Of a stretch of 43,319 nt of DNA, positions 18,327 through 26,818 are shown in pieces. The translations under genes were made by a program, and so were the position numbers. Every line of letters starts with the position of its first letter. Positions within the stretch are counted from its first letter, which is position 1. Under the pieces are notes generated by a model. That model searched no databases and was not told where the DNA came from. It saw nothing but the letters and a program-made list of their open reading frames with translations. This DNA comes from a virus (lineage: Duplodnaviria; Caudoviricetes), in the IMG/VR virus record IMGVR_UViG_3300037478_000161, positions 1 to 43,319 of that record. The stretch is one strand, 5' to 3'.

Positions 18327-18542
18327 TCATGGCCGGTCCCGACCGAAGTCCTCGACCAGGTCGGGGTCGTACGTCAGTGGCGGCGGTGGTGGGACGGTAT
18401 CTGATTCGCCCTGGATCAACGCCCGGATCTTTCGGTGCGGCAAGTGGGTCAGGCAGTATGCGGTGCCTTCGACCATGGTGCGTGCGTAGTCGCCGACGCC
18501 GTGCCGGGCATGCAGGCAGATAGCGCAGTAGAGCTCGCTCAC
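18327..18542 (-). CDS. Small Cys/His zinc-binding hypothetical protein
   Basis: MSELYCAIC...GTAYCLTH. Confidence 0.55.
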   Translation of the reverse strand: MSELYCAICLHARHGVGDYARTMVEGTAYCLTHLPHRKIRALIQGESDTVPPPPPLTYDPDLVEDFGRDRP

Positions 18543-18928
18543 GTCGTGTCCTTCCTGACGGCGTGCAGGGCAGCGCGGGCTGCGGCGGCGCCGGCGTGGG
18601 GGTCGCCGATGCGGGCGCACGCATGGGCCTCGCCGAAGACGATCCATTGGCCGCATTTGCAGCGCCTATCCAGCCGGTCATTGCTCGGGGTGGCGGGTGC
18701 CTGCTGGTTGCCGGCGGCTACGGCGTCCCACCACGGACCTTGTTCGAGGACCCGTGCCGGGGTTTGGGTGTTGGGGTCGGCGGCCACCCAGGCCAGTGCG
18801 ATGAGCACGTCACGGAACGGCCGGTGCGACAGGTGTTTGACGATGGCGGTGGTGAGCGAGGCTTGGGGCCAGTCGGGGCGAAGAGTATTAATCACGGCTG
18901 CCAATCTGGTGATCTCAGTTATGTCCAT
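18539..18928 (-). CDS. Conserved actinophage protein downstream of the replication initiator (possible helicase-loader-like)
   Basis: LRPDW...A.DP.T.TP......GPWW motif; synteny. Confidence 0.6.
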   Translation of the reverse strand: MDITEITRLAAVINTLRPDWPQASLTTAIVKHLSHRPFRDVLIALAWVAADPNTQTPARVLEQGPWWDAVAAGNQQAPATPSNDRLDRRCKCGQWIVFGEAHACARIGDPHAGAAAARAALHAVRKDTT

Positions 18929-19097
18929 CGGCGACCTCTCGTGCTCGCTTGCAGGTGCGGCAATAGCGGCGGCCACCGCTGACCAGGGTGTTGGCCGAGT
19001 CGTAAGGATGACCACGTGGGCAATGCGTCTTGTTGGCGTTGCGGTTCTTGCCATGACTCACCGCGTCTAGGCCGTTCTCACGAGGCGTGCCATAGCG
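18915..19097 (-). pseudogene. C-terminal remnant of an HNH homing endonuclease
   Basis: RYGTPRENGLDAVSHG...KTHCPRGHPY..ANT....RYCRTC; N-terminal catalytic half absent. Confidence 0.65.
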
Positions 19098-19116
19098 GCG
19101 AGCCGGGTGGTGTCGG

Positions 19117-19344
19117 TCAGGTCCATCTCGACTCCGCTCGCTCGCCGATTCCGTTGCATGTCCCGCACGTTCCGATGCCGTCACATTCGGAGCACCAGGT
19201 CACGTCGTCGAGTCCACTGTCGCCGTGGCACAGCCAGCAGTGACCGCTACCGAAGCAGTCGTTGCACTTCCAGACGCAGGTTCCGGGATGGTCCGGGGCG
19301 AGTGTGCAGCAGTGGTAGTCGGGAAGTTCGTCGGTCAGGTCCAT
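19117..19344 (-). CDS. Small DnaJ-type CxxCxGxG zinc-finger protein
   Basis: CNDCFGSG, CWLCHG, CSECDGIG, CGTCNGIG. Confidence 0.65.
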   Translation of the reverse strand: MDLTDELPDYHCCTLAPDHPGTCVWKCNDCFGSGHCWLCHGDSGLDDVTWCSECDGIGTCGTCNGIGERAESRWT

Positions 19345-19477
19345 GTCCAAGTCCAATCGTCGTCGGCGGGTGGCTTACTTGGTCTCCGTGACGGATTGGT
19401 CTTGGATAAGTACTTGGGTACGGGTCGGGTCGGGGGCGGTGTTACGGACGCTGTTAGTAACGGCGTTACATACAGCG

Positions 19478-19804
19478 TTACGTGGCATGTTCTTCGCGCC
19501 ACTTCCGTAACCGTTCGGCGTTGGCCTTGCGGCGCTTCTCGACGTCCCCGCGTAGAGGTTGCCGTTCGGCCCATTGGTGGAACTCGTAGCCGTCGCCGCA
19601 TGGCAGCCACAGGCCGGTGGCGATCAGCTTGTCGGCTTGGATGCGGTTGCCGAGCGATCGGGCCACGTCGCCGGGTATGTAGCCGTCGGTGAGTTGGTGT
19701 GCTCCCCACGAGCCGGCGCGTACCCATAGGCCCATGGCGGCGTTTCCGGCGGCAACGACCTTGGGGTGGAATGCGAGGTTGTCGTCGACTTTGAACCATG
19801 GCAT
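19478..19804 (-). CDS. Replication initiator N-terminal domain (RepA-like)
   Basis: MPWFKVDD...HPK....NAAMGLWVRAGSW...LTDG..P family signature. Confidence 0.75.
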   Translation of the reverse strand: MPWFKVDDNLAFHPKVVAAGNAAMGLWVRAGSWGAHQLTDGYIPGDVARSLGNRIQADKLIATGLWLPCGDGYEFHQWAERQPLRGDVEKRRKANAERLRKWREEHAT

Positions 19805-19817
19805 TACTCGCCGCCCT

Positions 19818-20363
19818 TCATGACGCTTGCTCTTGTGCTCGGTTATCGCGCTCGAACATGACGGCGCCGATCGCCCGCAATGCTGAGATGTGAAGGCCGA
19901 TGAAGCTTTGGTCTCCGCGTGGCTTCCTGATGAAGTCGATGTCCCCGTGTGCGAGGGCATATTGCATGAAGGCGACATCAACCGCCGCGGCGTATAGGAT
20001 CTTGTCCCGCTTCTCGTCGTAGAACCCGTAGACGAACATCTGAGCTCCGAGCTTGTGGAGCTCGGAGGGTTGATTCGTGGCCAGATTCCACTCGGTGATC
20101 GTTACGTCACCGAATCGCGGGTCCATCCACCTCGGCTCGCGGAAGCGTTCCTGTACACCGAATCGGATAGGCGCGCGGAATCCGTCGCCGGGCAGCGTTA
20201 CGGCCAATTGGCAGTCGATCGCATATTCGAGATCGTGCGCGGTCTGCGTGGTGTCGGTGAACTCGACGCCGTGCGGGAACATGGCCTCGTAGAACTGTCT
20301 CTGGGCGGCTAGGTGTGCCCGCTTGGTGAACTCGAACCGCTGCGGGCTGAACGCCGTGCTCAT
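19818..20363 (-). CDS. Putative PD-(D/E)XK-type nuclease-like protein
   Basis: DLEYAID...VQERFR...DVTITE acidic pattern; coupled to the MTase. Confidence 0.45.
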   Translation of the reverse strand: MSTAFSPQRFEFTKRAHLAAQRQFYEAMFPHGVEFTDTTQTAHDLEYAIDCQLAVTLPGDGFRAPIRFGVQERFREPRWMDPRFGDVTITEWNLATNQPSELHKLGAQMFVYGFYDEKRDKILYAAAVDVAFMQYALAHGDIDFIRKPRGDQSFIGLHISALRAIGAVMFERDNRAQEQAS

Positions 20364-21433
20364 AATGGTCGAGCGTCCTCGCCGTATCGGGTGATGACTT
20401 CTGCGCAGAACTCCGGTTTGATCTCGGCCGCGATGCAACGCCTGCCGGTCTGCTCGGCCGCGAACAACGTGGTACCGGAACCGAGGAACGGGTCAATGAC
20501 GGTGTCACCCTCATTGGTGAACGTGCCGAGTAGGCTGACCAGCAGTTCAGCAGGCTTGCGTGACTCGTGTTGCGTACTGACGGCTGCTGGGCTGACGGCG
20601 ATGCGGATGTGATCTTGTGCGTCCCGGTGCAGACTTTCGGCCTGAGCGAACAAGGCGATATAGACCCAGTTCCCGAAACCTAGGGCACCGCGCGTCATAC
20701 CGTTCGTGATCCACGCCGCCATGGACCATCGGTACGGCATCTCGGTTCCTCGCAAGAAGGTCGGGATCGCCGATATGCCCGGCGTCACCGCGACAATCTC
20801 AGCAACGTCGGCGAGGTAGTCGTGCCGCCACTTGAACTCTTGATCCCAGTCGGCCTTCCCTGCGTTGTATGGGGGATCTGCGAACACGAATGCTGCACCT
20901 GAGAGCGTCGACGTAAACGCCTCATCGGCTGAATCTCCGCAGTACAGCAAGTGTTCGCCGAGCTGCCACCACTGGCCGCGCTGCACCGATTTGGCGGCCT
21001 CGATTGCGGCAGCCTTGCGGTACTCGATAACGAGGGCCGTGGCGCGCTTGCGCTCCAATTCTGGGTGGACGTCGCCGGCTTGAATTGCCGACTCAAGTAG
21101 TGGCGGATCAAGGGCGCGTAGCTCGTAGAGCGTCCGCCACGAGTCCGGCAATTTCGTTACCATGGTAACGAAAGGATCTTGGCTGTAGTACTCACCGATC
21201 GTTATCAGCATTCGCGCTTTGGCGGGGCTGATTCCGACCTTCTCACTCACCCATGCCTCGAATCCGTTGCCGTCTCGTCGGTACCCAAGTGCAACCTTCG
21301 CCTCAGATAGATGCTGACCCGCAGCTATGAACCCCGCCACAGCTTGCCCGAGGTCAGCTCGTACGAGCGCGGCCCACTGTTCGGGCGTGCGCTGGTCGAG
21401 CACCTTGCCTTGGATGATCTCCAATTCGGTCAC
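20360..21433 (-). CDS. DUF3102-like domain fused to an N4/N6 DNA methyltransferase
   Basis: DPPYN (motif IV) before DPFLGSGTT (motif I); HLLYCGDS; helical N-terminal GFEAWV segment. Confidence 0.85.
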   Translation of the reverse strand: MTELEIIQGKVLDQRTPEQWAALVRADLGQAVAGFIAAGQHLSEAKVALGYRRDGNGFEAWVSEKVGISPAKARMLITIGEYYSQDPFVTMVTKLPDSWRTLYELRALDPPLLESAIQAGDVHPELERKRATALVIEYRKAAAIEAAKSVQRGQWWQLGEHLLYCGDSADEAFTSTLSGAAFVFADPPYNAGKADWDQEFKWRHDYLADVAEIVAVTPGISAIPTFLRGTEMPYRWSMAAWITNGMTRGALGFGNWVYIALFAQAESLHRDAQDHIRIAVSPAAVSTQHESRKPAELLVSLLGTFTNEGDTVIDPFLGSGTTLFAAEQTGRRCIAAEIKPEFCAEVITRYGEDARPL

Positions 21434-21639
21434 GCTGCGTTCTCCTTGGTTGTCGTTGTTCTGCCTGCCATCGCCGCGGCCCTGCGTTCCCGCCCTTGCC
21501 GTCGTGCCCGCATGCTCAGTTCGTGGTCGAGTTCGGCCTTCCGGGCGGCGGTGACGTCGGGGTTTTCCCACCGCATGCGGCACAGGATTTTCCAGGCGCG
21601 GCGGGCCAGGTCGGCGGTGGCGAGCTCGGCGGGGGTCAT
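21430..21639 (-). CDS. Hypothetical protein
   Basis: Coupled 69-aa ORF. Confidence 0.5.
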   Translation of the reverse strand: MTPAELATADLARRAWKILCRMRWENPDVTAARKAELDHELSMRARRQGRERRAAAMAGRTTTTKENAA

Positions 21640-22037
21640 AACTTGAACCGCTTCATCAAGCGGTGCAGGTGTGCTTGGGTGAGGATGACGACCGGGTCAT
21701 ACACGGTGCGCACGCGAGCCACCGACACTCCCCATGACGGCCCCGGGTCGTACTCGCCAGTCCGGTCGGTCATTTCACCGATGGGTTCGACCTGATAGAG
21801 CGCGCCTCGCGGGTAGCCGGCGGCGTAGATGCGGGCGTAGTCGCGATCGGTGGTGACGTAGACCATGCTGGGGTCGTTGTCGTCGGTGTCGAGGGGCTGG
21901 CCGTTCTTACGCGCTTCGCAGGTGGGGCAGCCGTCCACGAGGTGGCTGTTGTCGCCGTGTGGTCGCGGTTCGATCAGGTCGCCTGCTCGCAGTCCAGGGG
22001 CGCCGCCGTGCCAGTAGGTCGTAGCCCGCTCAGCCAT
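21636..22037 (-). CDS. Arr-like ADP-ribosyltransferase-fold protein
   Basis: YWHGG...L.AGDLI.P, VYVTT...YA..YA, LYQVEP.G pattern. Confidence 0.55.
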   Translation of the reverse strand: MAERATTYWHGGAPGLRAGDLIEPRPHGDNSHLVDGCPTCEARKNGQPLDTDDNDPSMVYVTTDRDYARIYAAGYPRGALYQVEPIGEMTDRTGEYDPGPSWGVSVARVRTVYDPVVILTQAHLHRLMKRFKL

Positions 22038-22254
22038 CGTCGTCGTCCTCGTCGCCCCACGGCACGCAGTCGTAGTGGGCGTACCGGCCGTCGTTCACGC
22101 TGGCGATTTCGCTGCCGGCAAGCACGTCGAACTCGCAGAATTCGCACATGCCGAGCCCGACCGGGGCGATGTCCCGTTCGGGTGGGCGGGCGATCCAGTC
22201 GTGTTGGATTTCGACGGTGATGCCGTTGCGGGTGGTGCGGTAGTCGCCGGTCAC
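22030..22254 (-). CDS. Small zinc-binding hypothetical protein
   Basis: CEFC...HYDC. Confidence 0.5.
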   Translation of the reverse strand: MTGDYRTTRNGITVEIQHDWIARPPERDIAPVGLGMCEFCEFDVLAGSEIASVNDGRYAHYDCVPWGDEDDDDG

Positions 22255-23078
22255 GGTTGGTCCTTGAAGCCGGGATTGTCAGGCGGATTGATCTCGCCGG
22301 TTGTCCGGTCGGCTGACTTCTCGGCTTCGAGTGCGTCGATCACCTTGGATGCTTCGTCCTTGGACAGTTCGTTACGGCTGCCGATCTCGCGGCCGATCAC
22401 ATCGGAGACGTAGGTGAGGGCGACGTTGCGGTCGGTGATGTCGGCCTCGCGCATGAGCGCGCCGATCTTCTTGAGCTGCTGGCTGGTGATCCCATCCGTG
22501 GGCTCTGTCTCGGCCTGTGGTGCGAGGGCGTCGGCCGCAGACTCCCGCTCCACCGTGGCATCGTGGACGGTGGCCTCGATGACCTCACCGTCGATGTAGG
22601 TGACGCCGTACAGCGCCTCGGGGCACGCCTCGCGGGCGCACTCTGAGATGGCGCGGGCACGGAGCATGGCGCGCGGGTGCTTGGTCCAGTTGTCCTTGCC
22701 GGCGAGCTTGGCCCGCTGCGCGTCCTCAATGGTCCACGTCACCTCGTAGGTGAAGTCGGGGTCGTCCGAGCGGATGATCTGGGCGGTCGCGGTCTCGTTG
22801 CTGGCGCGGATGCGTAGCCGGTGCCCGGCGCGGCGCACGTTGGATGCGATCAGTTCTGCCGAGGCCGATGGCTTGCCGTCGATGACGTGGATGCGGTACA
22901 GCGATTCGGCGGGTGAGAGCCCCATGGACGAGCCGAGGTTGATGGCGACGAGGACCGCGCCGGGGTCGTCGCGGTACGCCTTGGGCAGGATGGATCCGCT
23001 GCTGACGGCGCGGGCGAACTCCATCTGTGTGGCGAGGTCGGTGGTCTCGCGGGTGGGGACTAAGTCGGTTCCGGTCAT
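22251..23078 (-). CDS. RecT-like ssDNA annealing protein
   Basis: LP.AYR..P, IHVIDGKP, A..AKLAGKDNW.KHP.AML.ARA motifs. Confidence 0.8.
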   Translation of the reverse strand: MTGTDLVPTRETTDLATQMEFARAVSSGSILPKAYRDDPGAVLVAINLGSSMGLSPAESLYRIHVIDGKPSASAELIASNVRRAGHRLRIRASNETATAQIIRSDDPDFTYEVTWTIEDAQRAKLAGKDNWTKHPRAMLRARAISECAREACPEALYGVTYIDGEVIEATVHDATVERESAADALAPQAETEPTDGITSQQLKKIGALMREADITDRNVALTYVSDVIGREIGSRNELSKDEASKVIDALEAEKSADRTTGEINPPDNPGFKDQP

Positions 23079-23890
23079 GCGTACTCCAAGGTGTCGTGCG
23101 CGCTGTACCAGCGCGGCGGGCTGATGCGGTGGATTCCGTGCGGTATGCCGGGCCAGACGCCGGCTTCGGCGCAGTCGCGGTACATTTCGATCGCGGTGCG
23201 CACGTTTGCTCGGGCGATGTCGGTGAACTCGGCTAGGTCGCAGACGGTGACCAGCGGCGGGCCTTCGGTTTGTACGAGCACGTGCAGGAACCGCGGCCGG
23301 GCACCGGTGAGTGCCTGGATGCCGTCGGTATAGTGCTGTGCTTGTTCGCCGTAGCTGTAGTCGGCGGCGTGGCGGGCGAACCGTGCCGGGTTGGCGTCGC
23401 GGGTGGTTTTCAGGTCGACTGCGAGCGGTACCTGTTCGTGCCAGTAGTCGATGCGGCCTTTGCATCGGACCCCGGTGGCAGGGTCGTCCCACAGGATCGA
23501 CACCTCGGGCTGTCCACCGGCAAGTAGCAGCGCCGCGTCGGGGTGGTTGAGTACGGCCTTGGCGAGCTCGTCTGCCCGTTCGGCCTGCTCTGGTTTCAGC
23601 GGGGTTTTCCCGGCTTCGCGCGCTTCGGCCACGGCCTGTTTGGCTGCGTTGGTGCGCCACTCGCCGGGGACGATCACCTCGTCGGTTCCGATGCCGAGGA
23701 CCCGGTTGTGTACTGCGTGCCCGAGGTCGAACTCGGTTTTCGGCGGCTCGGGATGCTGGCGGTACCAGTCGTACACGGCAGGGGACGAGAGCATGCGCTT
23801 GATGCCGGTCGAGGACAGGCCGGGGATCCGGCGGTACTCGTCATCGGAGATGCCGAGATGGATTCCCGGGCCCACGGTCAGGCGGCTCAC
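23075..23890 (-). CDS. RecE-like / DUF3799 PD-(D/E)XK exonuclease
   Basis: LSSTGIK, G.AVH, PEVSILW, CKGRID, VDLKTT, Y..QA..Y. Confidence 0.88.
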   Translation of the reverse strand: MSRLTVGPGIHLGISDDEYRRIPGLSSTGIKRMLSSPAVYDWYRQHPEPPKTEFDLGHAVHNRVLGIGTDEVIVPGEWRTNAAKQAVAEAREAGKTPLKPEQAERADELAKAVLNHPDAALLLAGGQPEVSILWDDPATGVRCKGRIDYWHEQVPLAVDLKTTRDANPARFARHAADYSYGEQAQHYTDGIQALTGARPRFLHVLVQTEGPPLVTVCDLAEFTDIARANVRTAIEMYRDCAEAGVWPGIPHGIHRISPPRWYSAHDTLEYA

Positions 23891-24177
23891 TTCCGGCTCC
23901 TGTTCTGTTGTTCCCGTATCTGCCTGCGCCGCTTGTCGCGTTCTTTGGCGCTCATGCCGCCGTACACGCCGAACGGGATGCGTTGTTCGAGGGCGAAGTC
24001 GCCGCACCGTTGGATGAGTGGGCAGCCGCCGCAGATGAACTTGGCCTTGGCGGTCCACTTCTTGGCGTCGCGGTTGGTTTCGGCGTCGTGGAACCAGAGC
24101 TCGGGGTCGTGTGCGCGGCATTTGGCGCCGTCCCAGCGGGGCGCGTCGGCGAGGTCGGCCAGGGTGACGATGGTCAT
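23887..24177 (-). CDS. whiB: WhiB-family transcription factor
   Basis: AKC...DPELWF, AK.IC..CP....C, GVYGG. Confidence 0.88.
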   Translation of the reverse strand: MTIVTLADLADAPRWDGAKCRAHDPELWFHDAETNRDAKKWTAKAKFICGGCPLIQRCGDFALEQRIPFGVYGGMSAKERDKRRRQIREQQNRSRK

Positions 24178-24422
24178 GCGCCCCGCCCTTCCGCGCGTAG
24201 TTTGCGGCGCTGGGTGTAGGTGGTGCCGCCGTACACGCCGCCGACGTCGGTGGCGCTGGTCATGCTGGTCAGCGCGTAGTTGAGGCAGTCGTCGGTGACG
24301 GGGCAGCGGGCGCAGATGCGGCGGGCGGGGGCGACGCTTTCGCCGTCGGCGACGAAGAACGGTTCGCCCCCGATTTGGCGGCACAGCGCGTCCTCGGTCC
24401 AGGCGAGGGAGCGGTAGCTCAC
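24174..24422 (-). CDS. whiB: WhiB-family transcription factor (second, tandem)
   Basis: W...ALC....EPFF, ARRIC..CPV...CL.YAL, GVYGGT. Confidence 0.88.
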   Translation of the reverse strand: MSYRSLAWTEDALCRQIGGEPFFVADGESVAPARRICARCPVTDDCLNYALTSMTSATDVGGVYGGTTYTQRRKLRAEGRGA

Positions 24423-24778
24423 GGCGCCACCTCGTCCGGTGTCCACGGCTGCCAGTCCTTGGGCCCGGGCCCGGTGAGCCGCCGGTACCGCAACGGCCGT
24501 CGGGGAAGTGGCTGGTAGGCGACGAGCGGGACGGCGCGGGCGATGAGGGCGAGCCGGATCAGTTCGACCCGGTCGGCGGGTGGGATGGTGCCGCCGGTGC
24601 GTTTGACTTGGACGAACAGCATGTGATGGCCGCTCGGCCCGGACGGTAGCCACGCCTTGAACGCGACGAGGTCGACTTTGCCTTTGCTGCCGGCGGCGCG
24701 GATGACTTCGTACCCGTTGTCGGTGAGGTGGTCGCGGACCTTGTATTCCTTGTCGCGGCCGGTGCGGTAGTGGGTCAC
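24419..24778 (-). CDS. Hjc-type Holliday junction resolvase
   Basis: G..KE..V...L...GY.VIRAAGSKG.VDLVA...VQVK. Confidence 0.8.
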   Translation of the reverse strand: MTHYRTGRDKEYKVRDHLTDNGYEVIRAAGSKGKVDLVAFKAWLPSGPSGHHMLFVQVKRTGGTIPPADRVELIRLALIARAVPLVAYQPLPRRPLRYRRLTGPGPKDWQPWTPDEVAP

Positions 24779-24936
24779 GTCTCCTCCTGCCCTGGCTGGG
24801 GTCCGCGTTCGTGGGATGCCTGGTCGATGCTTGGGTGGGCGATCTGGTCGCGGCGGTACACCCACCGGGCGAGCGGGAACAGCGCGGGCAGCAGCAGCAG
24901 CGGCCAATAGCCGGCGACCTCGGCGAGCAGGTTCAC
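24775..24936 (-). CDS. Small membrane-associated hypothetical protein
   Basis: MNLLAEVAGYWPLLLLPALFPLARW...; GTGA overlaps at both ends. Confidence 0.5.
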   Translation of the reverse strand: MNLLAEVAGYWPLLLLPALFPLARWVYRRDQIAHPSIDQASHERGPQPGQEET

Positions 24937-25169
24937 GTCTCGGCCCGCCGGTGTCCGGCCCCGTCACAGACGGCGCAGCAGGCCCCGCCGAGGTCGGTGC
25001 CGCCGGTGCCGTTGCATTTGCGGCAGCGGGTGTCGGCGAGCAGGTCCGCGTCGGCGAGGGCCTGGGCGATGATCTGGGCGACCTTGCCAGCGGCGGGCAT
25101 GTCCACATCGATCGGCCGGTGCGTCAGTTCGCTGTGGATGACCTGCGCAGCCTGCTCGACGGTGTCCAT
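24933..25169 (-). CDS. Hypothetical protein with CxxCxGxG zinc finger
   Basis: CRKCNGTG...CAVCDGAG. Confidence 0.55.
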   Translation of the reverse strand: MDTVEQAAQVIHSELTHRPIDVDMPAAGKVAQIIAQALADADLLADTRCRKCNGTGGTDLGGACCAVCDGAGHRRAET

Positions 25170-25939
25170 CACTGCCCCGTCTCGTCGTGCCCGGCGGGCC
25201 GGGCGGGGGCGCCGAGTCCCAGCGCCTTGGCGGTGGCGCATGGCCACATCGCCTCCATGTAGTCGCGCTCACCTTCGCTGTTCGACATTTCGATCTCGCC
25301 GCAGACCAGGCAGACGGTGAAGAACGTCAAGTCGTCGGGGTCGCAGTCGTCCCAATCCAGTGCCTCTTGGCGGCTGGCAAACGAGCCCTCGCAGTCGGGG
25401 TGCTGCCACCGCTTCTGCGGCTGATGCAGCGCCCGCACCTGGTCGAGTTGCTGCCGCGCGGCGGCCAGGTCGGCCTCGGCGCGCTCAGCATGGTCGTGCC
25501 ATTTGACTACGGCCTGGTCAAGCTCCCGTATCTTCACTTGTAGCCGTTCGGTGACTTCGACGGCGGCGTCGCGTGCGGCCTCGGCGCGCTCGGCGCGTTC
25601 CGCGCAGGCGGCAAGAGCTGATATCGCATCGTCGCGTTGTTCGACGGCGGCGTCGCGTGCGGCCACTGCAGCCCGCAAGCCGTCCAGCAGGAACCGCACG
25701 ATGTCACGCCACGGGCGGTCTTCCGACGGATGCGCCAGGATTGCTTCGATCTCGCGCAGCTTCTCGTCGTCGCCGTGTTCGGCGAGCACCCGCAACACCG
25801 CGTCGGCCAACTGCAGCCCAAACTGGTAGATCGAGGCGACGAAGTCGGGCCGGTTGGTGTCGGTCCTCGCGACCTCATCAACCCAATCGGCGACCATGCT
25901 CCGCAACTCCCGAGACAACTCATCCCGCAGCCCGCTCAC
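25169..25939 (-). CDS. Coiled-coil hypothetical protein with C-terminal zinc motif
   Basis: AARDAAVE repeats; VRALHQP...CLVC...WPCAT. Confidence 0.65.
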   Translation of the reverse strand: MSGLRDELSRELRSMVADWVDEVARTDTNRPDFVASIYQFGLQLADAVLRVLAEHGDDEKLREIEAILAHPSEDRPWRDIVRFLLDGLRAAVAARDAAVEQRDDAISALAACAERAERAEAARDAAVEVTERLQVKIRELDQAVVKWHDHAERAEADLAAARQQLDQVRALHQPQKRWQHPDCEGSFASRQEALDWDDCDPDDLTFFTVCLVCGEIEMSNSEGERDYMEAMWPCATAKALGLGAPARPAGHDETGQ

Positions 25940-26100
25940 ACCGCACCCCCGACCAGCTCGTCGGTCTCGTCGCGGGCTTTGAGCGCGGCGGCCAGTTCGG
26001 CCACCTGCGCTTCCAGCCGGGCGATCCGGTTGGCCTGCTGTTCGAGCCTCTTGCGCGCGCCCGCGTCGATCGGGCCTTGCGCGCCGCCTCCTGCGTACAT
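25936..26100 (-). CDS. Small coiled-coil protein
   Basis: GAGGAGG RBS; MYAGGGAQGPIDAGARKRLEQQANRIARLE... Confidence 0.55.
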   Translation of the reverse strand: MYAGGGAQGPIDAGARKRLEQQANRIARLEAQVAELAAALKARDETDELVGGAV

Positions 26101-26101
26101 G

Positions 26102-26818
26102 TCAGTCCTCCTCCTCTTTCCGCCACCACGCCAGTGACCGCCGCAGGTCCCGCCACATGTCCTTCACGTCGTCGCGGAAGGCGGCCCATTCGGCGGACCA
26201 TCGACTCGGTGGCGGCTCGCCGCTAGCCAGCGCGTCGTACTCCTCGACGGTCATCCCGTCGGTGATTACGGGCGGTGTGCGGGCGTCCCTGCCGGGCATG
26301 TTCTCGGGGCGGGTGGGTGTCCAGCCGTCCCGTTCGCCGCGGTAGGCGGCGGCCAGCACCGGCAACCCGTCGCCGGGCGGCAGTTCAGCCCACTGGACTG
26401 AACCCGGCTGAACATCCGGCGGCCAGATCCGCAGCAACCCGGCGTTTAGCTGCGCCACCAGGTCCGGGCTGCGTATGGCGTCGATGTCCCAGCGGTGCTT
26501 GATGAGCAGGTCCACGCCGCGGTGCTCGGCCAGATGGTCCGCTGTGGGCCACCACGGCGGCGCGGCGCGCGGCGTGTCAGTCATGCGCGCGGTAACCGGC
26601 AACCCGAGCTCGTCGCACAGTGCCCGCATCTCGGCGTGGGCCTGCGCGGCTTGCCCTTCGATCCAGGCTGCGAACTCGTCCACGGCGCGGCGCTCGGCCT
26701 TGGCCCACTTCTCGAGCAGGCCGACGGCGCGGCTGTAGGGGGCGGACACGTGCACGCCGGGGTCGATGACACGCACGATCGCCATCTCGCCGGTGTCTTC
26801 ACGGATCAGGACGGTCAT
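26102..26818 (-). CDS. Hypothetical protein
   Basis: 238 aa, coupled, RBS GGAG. Confidence 0.6.
   Translation of the reverse strand: MTVLIREDTGEMAIVRVIDPGVHVSAPYSRAVGLLEKWAKAERRAVDEFAAWIEGQAAQAHAEMRALCDELGLPVTARMTDTPRAAPPWWPTADHLAEHRGVDLLIKHRWDIDAIRSPDLVAQLNAGLLRIWPPDVQPGSVQWAELPPGDGLPVLAAAYRGERDGWTPTRPENMPGRDARTPPVITDGMTVEEYDALASGEPPPSRWSAEWAAFRDDVKDMWRDLRRSLAWWRKEEED

Noticed and set aside
21636-22037. Rifampin resistance gene call
   Set aside because: Only fold-level motif similarity to Arr; substrate cannot be inferred
25558-25665. About 23-bp direct repeat as a mobile-element end
   Set aside because: In-frame internal duplication encoding AARDAAVE within a coiled coil
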